Positions 11,544 through 23,968 of a stretch of 64,000 nucleotides of DNA are shown piece after piece. Source of the DNA: Chiloscyllium plagiosum (taxonomy: Eukaryota); contig NC_057719.1 in assembly GCF_004010195.1 (NCBI RefSeq), positions 81,462,840-81,526,839 of the forward strand. The letters run 5' to 3'. The translations under genes were made by a program, and so were the position numbers. The notes beneath the pieces are model-generated. The model was given only the letters and a program-made list of their open reading frames with translations. It was not told the DNA's origin and searched no databases. How positions within the stretch are numbered: position 1 is the first letter of the stretch; each line of letters begins with the position of its first letter.

Positions 11544-12155
11544 TGTTAGAAACAAACTCAATAAAATATTAGACGAGACCAATAAATCTGGAAACAAGAC
11601 AATTTATTACGGACTTGCAAGTACGGGCTGCAACTGCACAAAGCAATTGAGCAAATTAGACTGGGGTTAGTTTACAATTATACCTTTGAGCTGAGTGAGG
11701 TCGCCTCTCCAGACTCCTAATTACCCAATCTCTCTTAATAGGCTATACAACTGCCCATCTTCGCTCCACCCTTGTTACTTCCCCTTTCCCATGTTGGCAA
11801 CCTTCCTCCCTGTTAGTGCTGACATTTTCATTATTTTGTCGATAGTCCATCAAGATATAGTTTAACATTTTGTATCAATACTGCTGGTACATTCCATTCT
11901 CCGTACACTTCATCAACTTTGTATCATTTTTGTACAGCTCAGGCATTTTAGTTATCTCAGTTTTTTTGCTGAAAACTTATTTTAAAAGAGTTAACTTGCT
12001 TATATTATACTCCAGAATTAGTATTTAATTAACCATAATTAAAAGTAAAGATACACTTCCCTAAGTACCTGCAGAGTTAATAATTCTTCTGCTGGACCCC
12101 TTTTCTTCATGTTCTTTTATATCTGCAAAAACAACACTTCTTTTCATTTCTAACA
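11544..12155 (-). repeat. ERV1 5' LTR
   Basis: Direct repeat of 3224-3836; followed in viral sense by the PBS. Confidence 0.96.
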
Positions 12156-12493
12156 CCCTCTCGCATGAGTTGTGGTAACCCACTAATGAGATCAGTCCTC
12201 TGGACTATGGTGATTTTTACTTGCTAGAAATTGTTGTTCTCATTGAGATCGGTATTCTTGCAATTCTGTTCTGATGAATGCAAGACAAAAATCTTCAATT
12301 TCTCTTCTTACAATAGTACTCAATTTATACACCATCAATAAGAAGATACACGTCTTTTAAATGAAGATATAGCAAATTAGATATGATAAATAGATGCATT
12401 ATTTTCCAATAATTGTAGCAGAATTAATGGAAATCACTTGGATGTTATTTGTTACATTTCCTGTATCAGTGGGAGTCTGTTCTTATTCAACAG

Positions 12494-12842
12494 GAGAATC
12501 AAAATAAAGAAGGACAAATAAAGGAAACAACAGCAGTACACCTGAAAAATTCCATTGCAAAAGAAAATAATTCTGCACCAGTCACATCCTACACACATTC
12601 CAAGTGTAGTGTCATTAAGGCCTCGAATTGGAGGGATGCTATAGAGGTGGGATTCATAGACTCAGTTCAGAGGTACAGAACTTGTCCTGGGACCAAACAG
12701 CACCTGGAACCTGGAATGCACGTACACAAAAAGCAGAATTCTATTTCAACACGCCCAAGACATATCAAAGATAAACCAGGCCTCATTGTTTCTCAACAGG
12801 AAGAGCTTAATAGTGACCAAGCTGAAGAAAATGTAAAGAGTG
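12494..12842 (+). CDS. HIPK4: HIPK4-like C-terminal coding exon (ENQNKEGQIKE...NVKS)
   Basis: Acceptor tcttattcaacag|GAG, phase 0, matching the donor at 2164. Open frame (ORF 12449-12943). Donor AGTG|GTAAGA, phase 1. Confidence 0.7.
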
Positions 12843-13837
12843 GTAAGAATTATACTTCATATCTTTCAGCAGTTAGAACAATGTATTGTTCTTCAGAAAA
12901 TTTACGGAAAACTCACAGTATTCTAATTATTTGCCAGTTTTGATAAGAAGCAAATCTCATTTAAAATCCATTCACTTATGGTGAATTAAAATCAAGCCTG
13001 AAATCACATACACTTACTGCATGAGATAAATGAAGTTCACAATCAAAGATTAAGTTCAGTTTAATACATGTATTGCAGGTGCAGAAAATAATTTAAAAGT
13101 TGAGGTAAGATTTCCTCTCAGAGATACATATGGAGAAGTGGGCTCAATTCCGGTTGTGAATCCACCTCCATACCAACCACCTGAGAAGTCTGAGGCTCAG
13201 AGGCTGAATTACCCTGGAGTCGAGTCCACTGCCCAGTTACTGGTCAGGGGTATGAGAATGGAGCTGGAACTTTGGGGTAGTGGGCTAGATTTTTGTCCAA
13301 AACAGCAGCCAATTCTGCATCAATATTTCATCCTAACATAAGCCTTCTTCTTCTTCTTAACAAGAGATTCAACTTCTTTAGTAAACCACAGCTCCCTCGC
13401 TTGACCACTTCCTCCCTGCCTGACAGGTACATACTTAGCAAGGACACGCAGTAGCTGTTCCTTGTATAAGCTTCACATTTCAATTATGCTCATCCTCTGC
13501 AGTTTCCTTCCCATCCTACGTATCCTAAATCTTATCACATCATAATTGCCTTTCCCCCAGCAATAACTCTTGCCCAGCATTAAATACCTGTCCCTTTCCA
13601 TCGCCAAAGTAAACATAACCAAATTGTGGTCACTATCACCAAAGTGCTCACCTACCTCCAAATCTGACACATGGCTGGGTTAATTATCCCAGTATCAAAT
13701 CCATTGTGGCCTGGACCCTTGTTGGGTTGCCTGCATACTGTGACAGGAAACGATCCTGCACTGACTCATCTAAAGTATTTGAACTATAGTATTTGGATAG
13801 TCATTATTTAGATAGTGCAAGTCCCTCATAACAACTA

Positions 13838-13916
13838 GTTGAAACTTTATTGCTGGAACAGCACAGCAGGTCAGGCAGCATCCAGGGAACAGGAGATTCG
13901 ACGTTTCGGGCACAGG
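13838..13916 (+). mobile_element. Short Penelope-like insertion (family A)
   Basis: Family motif GCACAGCAGGTCAGGCAGCATCC; 15-bp flanking duplication CCCTCATAACAACTA (13823-13837 and 13917-13931). Confidence 0.75.
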
Positions 13917-15062
13917 CCCTCATAACAACTACCCTTTTACTCTTGTTCCTATCCAGAATTATCTTTGCTATCCTTTCCTCTACATTTCTAGAACTATTCG
14001 GAGGCCTATAGATAACTCCCAACAGGGTGATCTCTCCAACCTGTTTCTTACCTCAACCCATACTACCTCAGTAGACGAGTCCTCAAACGTCCATTCTGCT
14101 ACTGTCCTTGAATAACAATGCCACATCTCCCCCTCTTTTACCATTTTGTCTGTTCTTACTGAAACATCTAAATCCCGGAGCCTGCAACAACCATTTTTGT
14201 CCCTGCTCTATCCATGTCTCCAAAACAGCCACAACATTGAAGTCCCAGGTACCAACCTGTGCTGCAAGTTCATCCATCTGTTGCCGGATGCTCCTGGCAT
14301 TGAAGTAGAAACACTTCAAATCACCTTCCTACTTTCTAGTGAACTCAGGCGACCTTGAAACCATATTTCTGACCTCGCTACTGTCAACCTCCTGGACACT
14401 GGACCTTCAATGTAGGTTTCCATTCCCCTACTGAATTAGTTTAAACACTCCCGAATAGTATTCACAAATTTCCGTCCCCCCCAGGATATTGGACCCCATC
14501 TGGTTCAGGTGTAGACCATCCTGTTTGTAGAGGTTCCACCTACCCTAGAATGAGCCACAATTGTCCAGGAATCCAAAACTTCCCTCCTGCACCATCTCTG
14601 CAGCTACATGTTCAACTCCTCTCTCTCTCCCTATTCCTCACCTCACTAGCACGTGGCATGGGCTACAAATCAGATAACAACTCTGTTTGTTCTAGCACTA
14701 AGCTTCCACCCTAGCTCCCTGAATTTCTGTCTTAAATCCCCATCCCTTTTCCTACCTATATTGTTAGTACGTACACAGACCACAACGTAGGCTGCTCCCC
14801 CACTCCTTCAAGAATCCTGAAAACTTGATTCGAGACATCACAAACCCTGGCACCTGGAGGCAACACACCAACCGTGAGTCTGTCTCAATCCCACAGAACC
14901 TCCTACCTGTTCCCCTAACTATGGAGTCCTCAATAACTAATGCTCTGCTCATCCCCCTCCTTCCCTTCTGAGCAACAGGGACAGACTCTGTGCCAGAGAC
15001 CTGTATCCCATTTCTTACCCCTGGTAAGTCATTCCCCCCTCAACAGTATCCAAAATGGTGTA

Positions 15063-16082
15063 CAGAGGAACCTCGATTATCCAAATACCAATTATCCGAA
15101 AATCGGATTATCTGAAGGAGACCTCGAGGTCCTGACAGAAATATTACATCAAAGACGTGTGTCCAACACTGATCGCGTCTTTTGCTTACAGGGATTAAAC
15201 ATACTGCCGAGAACTTTTACTGCAGGACTGATGGGAGCGCAAGCACTGTCTCTAAATGACTGACCTCCCACCCTGCCCCTCCCTCTTTTCCCACACTTTC
15301 CCCTGGAGATCTACACAGGCATGAACCAAAACTCCCTTTCCCCAGATAATGTCTCTAACATTGTCCTGTACAGGGCAGAGGTGGAACCTGTCAAAACGTT
15401 TGTGTGTATGTGCACGGTGCGTGCTATTTGGACACTCACCCTCCAAAAGCAGCGGCAGCTGTCTTGTTGGAGTCCAGTCCATCTGCCCCGGAGAGGGGGC
15501 GGGGGCACGCGGGTGGGGGTGGATGGGAGCAGTGGTGGACGGGGTTGGGGGTCAGGCGGGNNNNNNNNNNNNNNNNNNNNNNNNNNNNNNNNNNNNNNNN
15601 NNNNNNNNNNNNNNNNNNNNNNNNNNNNNNNNNNNNNNNNNNNNNNNNNNNNNNNNNNNNNNNNNNNNNNNNNNNNNNNNNNNNNNNNNNNNNNNNNNNN
15701 NNNNNNNNNNNNNNNNNNNNNNNNNNNNNNNNNNNNNNNNNNNNNNNNNNNNNNNNNNNNNNNNNNNNNNNNNNNNNNNNNNNNNNNNNNNNNNNNNNNN
15801 NNNNNNNNNNNNNNNNNNNNNNNNNNNNNNNNNNNNNNTTTGGGGATGGGTGGGGGCTGGTGTTGGATGGGGTTGGGGGCGGGCAGGGGACAATGTTGGA
15901 CAGGAATTGGGGCGAGTGGGGGCTCATGGCACTGTGCTGTTGCCTAGTGTCTTGAAGGGGGAGCAGCCTTAATAGAAAACTCCAAGCCCCAGAGGAAAAG
16001 CATTGAATTGAGTAACCAAATAATCAATCATCCGAATGAAATAGTGTCTGCCCATTTCGTTTGGATAATCAAGGTTCTTTTG
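15063..16082. mobile_element. Non-autonomous Tc1/mariner (pogo/Tigger-like) MITE, copy 1; spans an assembly gap
   Basis: TIRs CAGAGGAACCTCGATTATCCAAA / TTTGGATAATCAAGGTTCTTTTG; TA on both sides; the CR1 sequence is continuous across it. Confidence 0.8.
15561..15838. other. Assembly gap (N run)
   Basis: Run of n. Confidence 1.
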
Positions 16083-17507
16083 TACTTGTAATTGAGGGGA
16101 ATGGCTACAGGGTTCCCTGCACTGCCTGCCATTTCCCTTTCTGTCCCCTGACAGTGACACATCTATCTTTTTCTTGTACCTGAGGTGTGATTATGTCCCT
16201 GTAACTCCTCTCAATAACCCCCCTCCCTCCCACTCACCCACCTCCTGAATGGTCTGAAGTTCATCCAGCTCCAGCTACAGCTGCAGCTCCAGTTCCCTAA
16301 CAGAGTTTTCGAGGATCTGGAGTTGAGTGCACTTCCCACAGATAAAATCAGCAGGGACACTTGTGGGTGACCCTTACCTCCCACATTCTGCGGGAGGAAC
16401 ATTCTATTGCCCTAACCACCATCCCCAACCACCATTCCCACTGTTCTAAATTCCCAAAGAGACTGTAGAAAAATCAAGAATACAAAGAAACTAGTTACCT
16501 TACCAATCCAGCACACAGAATCTTTTTTGTGGTTGGAGAAGGAGGATGGGTGGGAGACAATACCAAATACATTACTTAACTTACTCAGCAACCCATGTCT
16601 GCTTCTGCTCAGCGTGCACTCTGCCTATTCATAAGGTAAGTTTCTATAACTTTAAATTTACCTTCCCAGCAGGCCCCTGGCCCTCGCTGTCGCCCTCCTA
16701 CTACAGCTGCTACTGGAAAAATGGAGACCACTGAACACACGAGCTAAGTTTATATAATTTTAAATTTACCAAACCGGTAGGGCCCTTATCCTCACTGTTG
16801 CTCCTCATACTACTGCTGTTACTGGCAAAATGTGAAGGGCTTATTGGCTTATTTTTGTTTAAATATACTTGATTTCATTCCTATGTCATGCATAAGATGA
16901 GTGTTATGTTCCTTGACCTCAAAACTGTATAACTCGTGGTATAAGATATTAGAGTGGAGGTTTCAAAATTCATCATGATCCTTAACTTGAAATCAACTCA
17001 TGTTACTTCTTGATTCTAATTGTACGTTTTTGCTTTTGTTATGCCATAGTATGTTGATCCCAATACTTGGTTTTCCAACACATTCTCATATTCTAATCCT
17101 AAGTGTGACAGCAACTAAAATCCTGCTGCTTATCCCCGAGACACTCTCATTTATCGTTCACCAGATTGTGCTGCCTACTTCCCAGCCTACATTAGCATCT
17201 GGTTGAAGAATGACTTGATTTTAAAATTCTCAACTAATTTTCAAATCATTTCACAGGCTTGTTTCTCCTTTCCTCTGTAATCTCCAGCTGCATAACCTCC
17301 TGAGGTGTCTATTTTCCTCTAATTCTAGCCTCCTGAACATTGTTGATTTTAAGTGTTTTGCCATTGGTGACTGTGTCTTCATCTGCCAAGACCGTCAGCT
17401 CTGGAATTCCTTCCATCAACCTCTCTATCTCTGTTTATTTCTTTAAATTGCTATGTAAAATTTATTTTCTTAGCTAAATGTTTGGTCGTTAGGCTCAGCA
17501 CCAAATG

Positions 17508-17820
17508 TGGGTGGCACGGTGGCACAGTGGTTAGCACTGCTGCCTCAGTGCCTGAGACCCGGGTTCAATTCCCGCCTCAGGCGACTGTCTGTGTGGAGTT
17601 TGCACGTTCTCCCCGTGTCTGCGTGGGTTTCCTCCAGGTGCTCCGGTTTCCTCCCACAGTCCAAAGATGTGCAGGTTAGGTGAATTGGCCATGCTAAATT
17701 GCCCATAGTGTTAGGTAAGGGGTAAATGTAAGGGTATGGGTGGGTTGCGCTTCGGCGGGTCGGTGTGGACTTGTTGGGCCGAAGGGCCTGTTTCCAGACT
17801 GTAATGTAATCTAATCTAAT
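17508..17820 (+). mobile_element. HE1-type V-SINE
   Basis: tRNA-like A and B boxes (GGCACAGTGGTTAGC, GGTTCAATTCC), V-domain TGTGTGGAGTTTGCACGTTCTCCCCGTGTCTGCGTGGGTTTCCTCC, (TAATC)n tail. Confidence 0.88.
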
Positions 17821-18479
17821 CAAATTTTGCTTTAAAACTCTGGTGTGAACTGCTTTGTGATATTTTAACATGCTAAAGGTGCTATATAAATGTAAATTAT
17901 TTTTGTTGTCATCTTGGTGCTTCTGATGGTCCTCTTGCCTCTGAACCAGTGATTTATTTGTTCACATCTCAGTCTACAGCTTGTAGTGGGTGTGCTCTGC
18001 ATTTTCAGCCCCGAGATTGAATGCATGTGTGCCTGTTCCATAATTTAATATATTAATTAACCCATTTGTACTATTTTAATTAATATAATCAATTGTCAAA
18101 ATATTTCACTGAAAGAAAACCACTGAGAAAAGATAACTTGTGTTTATATCACTTCTGATTTTGGAATATTAATGTACACAAATTAGAAATCAGTGCTCTT
18201 CAGAGTAATCCATAATGTGGAGCATACTTTACAAAGATGTTGCACAATGATCTAAAGATATTTTTCCTTGCTTAGTTGCTGATATACAGAATTCCAACTA
18301 TTTTACTTCTTTGGATATTTTTCGGATATGGGAGTAACTTTTCACCCTTTTACTGTTGCTTGCCAAAGAGCAGCAGAGGTCCTAGACTTGGATGTGTACA
18401 AATGTTTGGATAATCATGCGCAGAGTACCTCTGAATGTATTAAATGTACTTCCAGTGAATGTAATATTTTATACTTCTA

Positions 18480-19620
18480 TAGTGATTGGAACCAGGTTGA
18501 CCTTGTTGGCTATGATTGGGGTTGTTAACCTGGGCCAATCAGGATAGCCCTGGCTGACTAACATAACCAGGTGCGGGGGAAAAATAAGCACTACCGCAGT
18601 TAGGCGATAGTGTGGGGGTAATAATACAAAAAAATACACATTAGTGTCAGGAGATCTGCTGACTCTGAGAGCTGGGAAGAAAAAGAAGAAATAACCAGGA
18701 GATGAGAATCTCCTCAGTCCCGGTGACTGACTCTGAGCTAGCTACACCCAGTGTACTGTGCACAAGTAAATAAAGTGGAAAAGTATGACGCTGGAAAAGC
18801 ACAGCCGGTCAGGCAGCATCCCTGGATCAGGTGAATTGACATTTCGGGCATAAGCCCTTCATAAGGAATGTCTTGTGATAAAGGATTTGTGCCCAAAATG
18901 TCGATTCTCCTGCTCCTAAGATGCTGCCTGACCTGCTGTTCTTCTTCTGTGCCACACTTTTTGACTATAATGGGGAGAAAGTGAGGACTGCAGATGCTGG
19001 AGATCAGAGCTGAAAATGTGTTGCTGGAAAAACGCAGCAGGTCAGGCAGCATCCAAGGAACAGGAGAATCGACGTTTCGGGCATATGAAGAAGGGCTTAT
19101 GCCCGAAACGTCGATTCTCCTGTTCCTTGGATGCTGCCTGACCTGCTGCGCTTTTCCAGCAACACATTTTCAGCCCCGTTTTTGACTATAATCTCCAGCA
19201 TCTATAGTCCTCACTTTCTACAAATAAATAAAGGGTGACTTGGTGATGGGATACCAGCCTCTGCACAGTTATTTCAGGTGGACAGAGTCGGAGGTCGCAT
19301 GGCGCCAGGTTGTGGTCCAGCAGGTTTGTTTGGGCTTGCAGGCTTTCAGAGCACTGCTCCTTCGCCAGGTGAAAGTCGCCTGATGGGGGAGCAGCGCTGT
19401 GGGAGCTTGTGATTTTAGGTGGACCTGTTGGGCTATGGCCTTGTGTAGTGTGCCCTCTGACAATATTCACAGTGAGATAAAAGAAGATATAACCAGGAGA
19501 TGAGAATCTCTTCAGTCCAGGCAATTAACTCTGAGCTGGCAAGCTACAGCCAGTATACTATGCACAAGTAACTAAAGGGTGACTTGGTGACAGGATACCA
19601 GCCTCTATTCAGTTATTTCA
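18480..19620 (+). mobile_element. LTR-like repeat pair (probable Gypsy LTR remnants) with nested Penelope fragments
   Basis: 18680-18775 plus 19225-19276 is repeated at 19478-19620, both ending AGTTATTTCA. Related sequence is inverted at 33352-33570 and 1-90. Confidence 0.5.
18776..19220. mobile_element. Nested head-to-head Penelope-like family A fragments
   Basis: Two inverted pairs of the GCAGGTCAGGCAGCATCC motif; hammerhead-like TGAAGAAGGGCTTATGCCCGAAAC near 19086-19109. Confidence 0.75.
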
Positions 19621-20083
19621 ACTTCATAAAGCCCTGTTAATTCCATTTTGGTATTCCTGAGTCTCTTATTCCATCCATGCATCCAATGCCCTTATTCTAA
19701 AGCTATATCAGAGCTTCATATTCCATGCTGATATCCCTGATTCTCTTAGTCCATGTCTTCCTGAGCCCTGTTTCCATTGTGATGTTTAAGAGCTTCTTAA
19801 TATCAGTATTCACATTGATTTGCCTGAGTTTTTCAGTGTCTCATATCTCTTATTTGATTGAATTTGCAGATCCTCACTGGGCTTTCCAACATTTCTATAT
19901 AAATACAATTCTTCCCTCTTTCTTTTCTTCAATTTTGATGAAGATATATATTGATCTCACAGAAGCATGAAATTATATAATTTTATGGTAAATGCTTGGT
20001 CAGAGTGGTGAGACAGAAACTGTTTTTCAACAACAGTGTCAATAGTAATTATTGTATTTATTTCTCCAATGACTGTCTACTAG

Positions 20084-20138
20084 GAACCAGGAGGATTAGG
20101 AGTAGATCAAGACATATACCCAAGAGTGAAATTACCAG
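20084..20138 (+). CDS. HIPK4: HIPK4-like 55-nt coding exon (GTRRIRSRSRHIPKSEIT)
   Basis: Acceptor ctactag|GA and donor CAG|GTAAGT. Phase 1 in, phase 2 out, stop-free in the predicted frame. Confidence 0.62.
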
Positions 20139-20989
20139 GTAAGTGGTAATATTAAAATCTATTTAAAAAGTTACATATATTCTCATGCCAATGTTGCGAA
20201 GATATGAGATGTGATTTATTTATTGATATGCTTGGGGAATGCTTAGTTCTTTCAGTTCCCCCAAAATAACATAACTAGGTCTGTGTCTGTAGTAGAAGAA
20301 TAATAATGAGGCCAAGAGGGTGCTTCTAGCTATGTGCTTCAGCTTCCTTGTGTTATACCCCAAATTGAGGACTCCCCAGAAAGCCAGCAGTAATGTCACA
20401 AGCACATTCTAGAGGAACTGAAGATGTTTGGAGTTTAAAAGATAATTCTTGTTACTCATGCATTTCCTTTCACCAGGGCAATCATTGAACCTTAAGAGCA
20501 GCAACCAAAGTTGCCAGTGCTAGTAGCCAGAAGCATGGTTGTAGACATTCCAATTTAATGCCTTTCAGGGATGAGAGTGCATCCTAATAATGTATGTCAA
20601 TCATCAGGCATGTGAATTGTGGGTTTTTCTTCACAGCTAAGTACACTTGAAGTCATTTTAAAATTTCATGTCATTTTCTGGTTATGTCTATAAATGACAA
20701 TTTTATAGAGTGAAGCAATTGAAAATGATAATTAATTTTGAAGAAATAAATATGCATATCTTTAAAGGAGGCAGGTCAAGCTGAGATTTACAATTATAAA
20801 CCTTACATGAAATTTACCACATGCCAAATGGGCTGCAGCAGTTCAGAAAGGCAGTTCACTGTCATCTTCTCAAGAGCAACTATGGTTGGGTAGTAAATGC
20901 TAGCCCACCATTGATGCTCACTTCCCAAGAATGAATTTTTAAATGAAGTGTACAGGTTCCTTTGTAAACCTATGCAGAGGATTAAAGCC

Positions 20990-21403
20990 AGGGGATTATT
21001 TAAAATTCAGCTAGAACATTGTATCCAGTTCTGGGTACCATGTTTCAGAAAGGATGCCAAAATGTTAGAAAGGGTGCAACAGTGATTTACTAGAATGGAA
21101 TGCTAGGAGTGGGATGCCAAGTAGGTGGAGAAACCATGCAATTGGCTTTATTCCCCTTAGACCAATGAAAATTAGGATAGACATAAGTTCCAAGTCATGA
21201 AAGGATCTTGATAGAGAAAGTAACTAGAAACTGTTTCCAGTGGTGTTAAGTGATGGTAAACAGAGGACGCAGACTTAAATTAATTGGCAAATAAATCAGA
21301 GACATGGTGTTTCTTTACAGTGATTTATTATAGTTGTAATGCACGGTCTAGTAGGTTGGCAAATGTGTACTCAATAAATAACTTTCAAAAGTGAATGAGA
21401 TAT
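20990..21403 (+). mobile_element. CR1 LINE 3' fragment, decayed (resumes after 22190)
   Basis: EHCIQFWVP.F.KD..MLERVQ-like translation; CR1 3' UTR-like sequence at 22195-22345. Confidence 0.6.
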
Positions 21404-22190
21404 TGTTATGAAGTTGAAAGCATGTATGTTCAGTTTAAAATAGAGAGTGTTTTTTTAAAAATTGAAGTAAACTTAAAGTGCAGGTTCAGCTGCCCGAATG
21501 AAAAGGCTGGGAGACTGGCTGTTCCAAAATAGATACATGTAGCAATTGGCTGTTAAAAGGATACCTGAGTTTTTATTGCTGTTTTGACAACAATTAAAAT
21601 TCTACCAATTACTGTAAATTATGTCCAGGATACTGAGTTTGAATTTATTGGTTTGACAACGTCGAACCTTTGATGTTGAGGGTATAAAAACCACAGGCAT
21701 TTTGAAAATTAGTCAGAGCAACTGTCACTGATCAGCAGAGCAACTAACATAGAGCTGAAGAGATACCTGCCCCTCTAAAATCTTGCTCTCAAATAAATTA
21801 TAAGACACTTTATAATAATTTATCTTATACTATAAAACATACTCGTAGTAAAAAGAAAGATGATGATGCAGGAAGATCAGATGGAAGGTTGAATACAGCG
21901 GAGAAGACAGAGACTGTGTGGGCTTGAGATTAAGTTAATGTATTGTTTAATAGTTGTGTTATTGGAACAGTACGTTAATAGGATTATGTTCAGTTAGGGG
22001 AATGGGTGTTCAGTTTGTTAATAGTTTTGTTCAGTGTTTTGTTAGGAAAATAAATAGTTATTTTTCTTTAAATAGTGGAAATTACGAGTTCTCTTTCACT
22101 CCCTCACACTTTGAACAGATTACGAGGTGAGGCGAGCTTTTGTGTGTGTTTGGTTATAATTAACAGAGATTCGATCTCCATGTCATAACA
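21404..22190. mobile_element. Solo LTR (probably Gypsy), 787 bp
   Basis: Ends TGTTATGA...TCATAACA; imperfect 4-bp TSD ATAT/GTAT; TATAAAA near 21684; interrupts a CR1. Confidence 0.65.
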
Positions 22191-22432
22191 GTATATAATT
22201 GGAAAGGAGGTATTTACAGAGTTTAGTGAAAAAACATTGGCATGGGACTAACTGGAAAATTCTTACCAGGAGCTGATATAGACACAATGGATAGAAGAAC
22301 CTCCCTCTGTACCGTATAAGTTCATGACTGTGATCTAGTGATCTATGAATTCCATTAGCAAATACACAAGAGTGTGTAACAATTTTGTGTGAATTAAGTC
22401 ATTTGTGGTTATTTTTATTTATTTTGTTTTAG

Positions 22433-22541
22433 TTGCAAAGCAAACAAGCTGTTGCTTCCAGAGGATTGTGGAGAGGATCAAGGCAAAAAAGTGCACTTAG
22501 AAAACATTCATCTGAAACAAATTACCAAGAGGCATGATCTG
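22433..22541 (+). CDS. HIPK4: HIPK4-like 109-nt coding exon (CKANKLLLPEDCGEDQGKKVHLENIHLKQITKRHDL)
   Basis: Strong polypyrimidine acceptor tttattttgttttag|T. Phase-2 entry lands in the frame of ORF 22452. Donor CTG|GTAAGA, phase 0. Confidence 0.65.
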
Positions 22542-23888
22542 GTAAGAGTATTAACTCTTCATCCACGTAAAGTCCTGGTTCAGCAACACCAGGAGTGCTG
22601 TGAGAAATTATGGGTGCACAACTTCATAAAAGCAATGCTGCAGGCATTCTCAAACTGTGGAACAGAGGACGAGGTATTTAGGTTGTGAGCTCTGAGACAG
22701 CAATAGCAGCCATGGAACTCATTATGAGTTTCAAGGCTGCAAAGCCCTTTTAGATGGTTATGTTTTAATGATATTAGTGAGTTTAATTTGACTGTCAGTC
22801 CTCTGAGGCCAGATTGCTGCTCCAAATACAGCCTATAAAAGAAGGTGGCTCTTTGCTTCTCTCAGGGTGAACCCAGAAGTTTTACGTCTCTCACTCCACT
22901 CAATGGTATCCCCACAATCACAAACTACTTCCCCAAATCCCAGCTGAACAACTCTCAACCCTGTCCTACTCACAAAGCATCCATCCCACTTCTTGCCCCC
23001 TCCAATTTTCACATCAGGGTCGCACAAAGTCTGAGGTACTAAACTAGGCTTACACTAAGAAAGATTTTTGGAACTACTGATAGACTGGCTTTGGAGTGAA
23101 ATTGATGAAGATTTACCAGAATGACACTGCAAGGAACCTCAGAGAAGTGTTTACAGAAATTAATGGTGTATTTTCAGGAACTTAGAAGGTTAAAAAGTAA
23201 TTTGATTGAAGCTATCAGGATAAATGGATAGAAACTTTCCACCATTGGAGGAGACTTAGGACTACGAGACATAGAGTTATTAGGAAACAGGTCTAAACTC
23301 AAAGGATAGCAGAAATTTGAAACTCTCTTTTACAAAAGGCTCAGTTATCTGTTAATTTTAATAGCTAGATTTTTAATTAATAAACGTATGAAGAGACATA
23401 AGAAGTTAGTGAGATCATGGTTGATCTGTGACCTGAAAGATTGATCATTAGAAACAAAATACCCTGCTCATGTTCATGAGCCCTTAGATTTCTGACAGAA
23501 AGTGAAGTATTTTTGTTTTCTCAACACATGCATCATGCTCACAAAAAATACTATTTATGTATAAACCTATTAGTGTATTGGAGTAACAATAAATTGCTAA
23601 ATAAATATTTAAACAGACATATTTTACCTTACATGTGAAAATAAGTCTATTGCTGCATTGTTATCTCTTCACTGTTTTATAATTTATTCAAATTATACAT
23701 TTGCTCCATTGCTGACTTGTCTTTTGTTCCCACTGACATTCATTGCCTGAGCACTTTTGTGAAGTTCAATCACTTGGATCCCACAGTAGACACCTGGAGA
23801 ACTTCAGACCAGTGCTAGAAGAGGAACATTTCAAGTAAGAAACTGAATTTGAACTAATATTATTGAAATTCTTCCTTTCTGTCTATAG

Positions 23889-23968
23889 AGTTCAGAAACA
23901 GAAATTAATTCTCCACCAGTGGAAGTCAATGAAGCTGAAGATTTGGAGAAAAAGAAAATTCTAGATAA
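23889..23968 (+). CDS. HIPK4: HIPK4-like 80-nt coding exon (SSETEINSPPVEVNEAEDLEKKKILD)
   Basis: Acceptor cttcctttctgtctatag|AGT, phase 0; open frame; donor AA|GTAAGT, phase 2. Confidence 0.62.

Larger units (their letters stand above)
3224..12155 (-). mobile_element. Endogenous retrovirus 1, near full-length class I (HERV-I-like) provirus, 8.9 kb, antisense within the HIPK4-like intron
   Basis: Paired 612-613 bp LTRs with TGTTAGAAA...TTTCTAACA ends; 4-bp TSD CCCT (3220-3223 and 12156-12159); PBS, gag-UAG-pro-pol, env, PPT in order. Confidence 0.97.
13342..16500 (-). mobile_element. CR1 LINE 5' portion (ORF1 esterase region and ORF2 APE endonuclease), decayed, interrupted by a Penelope fragment and a MITE
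   Basis: ALVIEDSIVRG (GDS esterase-like); CFYFNARSI..ETW, GVIYRPPNS and GDSDHN APE motifs in ORFs 14764, 14083, 13804, 13473. Confidence 0.85.

Noticed and set aside
15321..15972. Long ORFs across 15.3-16.0 kb, and the non-RT frames across 37.7-38.6 kb
   Set aside because: Artefacts of N runs.
17508..17580. tRNA gene
   Set aside because: tRNA-derived SINE head followed by V-domain and tail; no complete cloverleaf.
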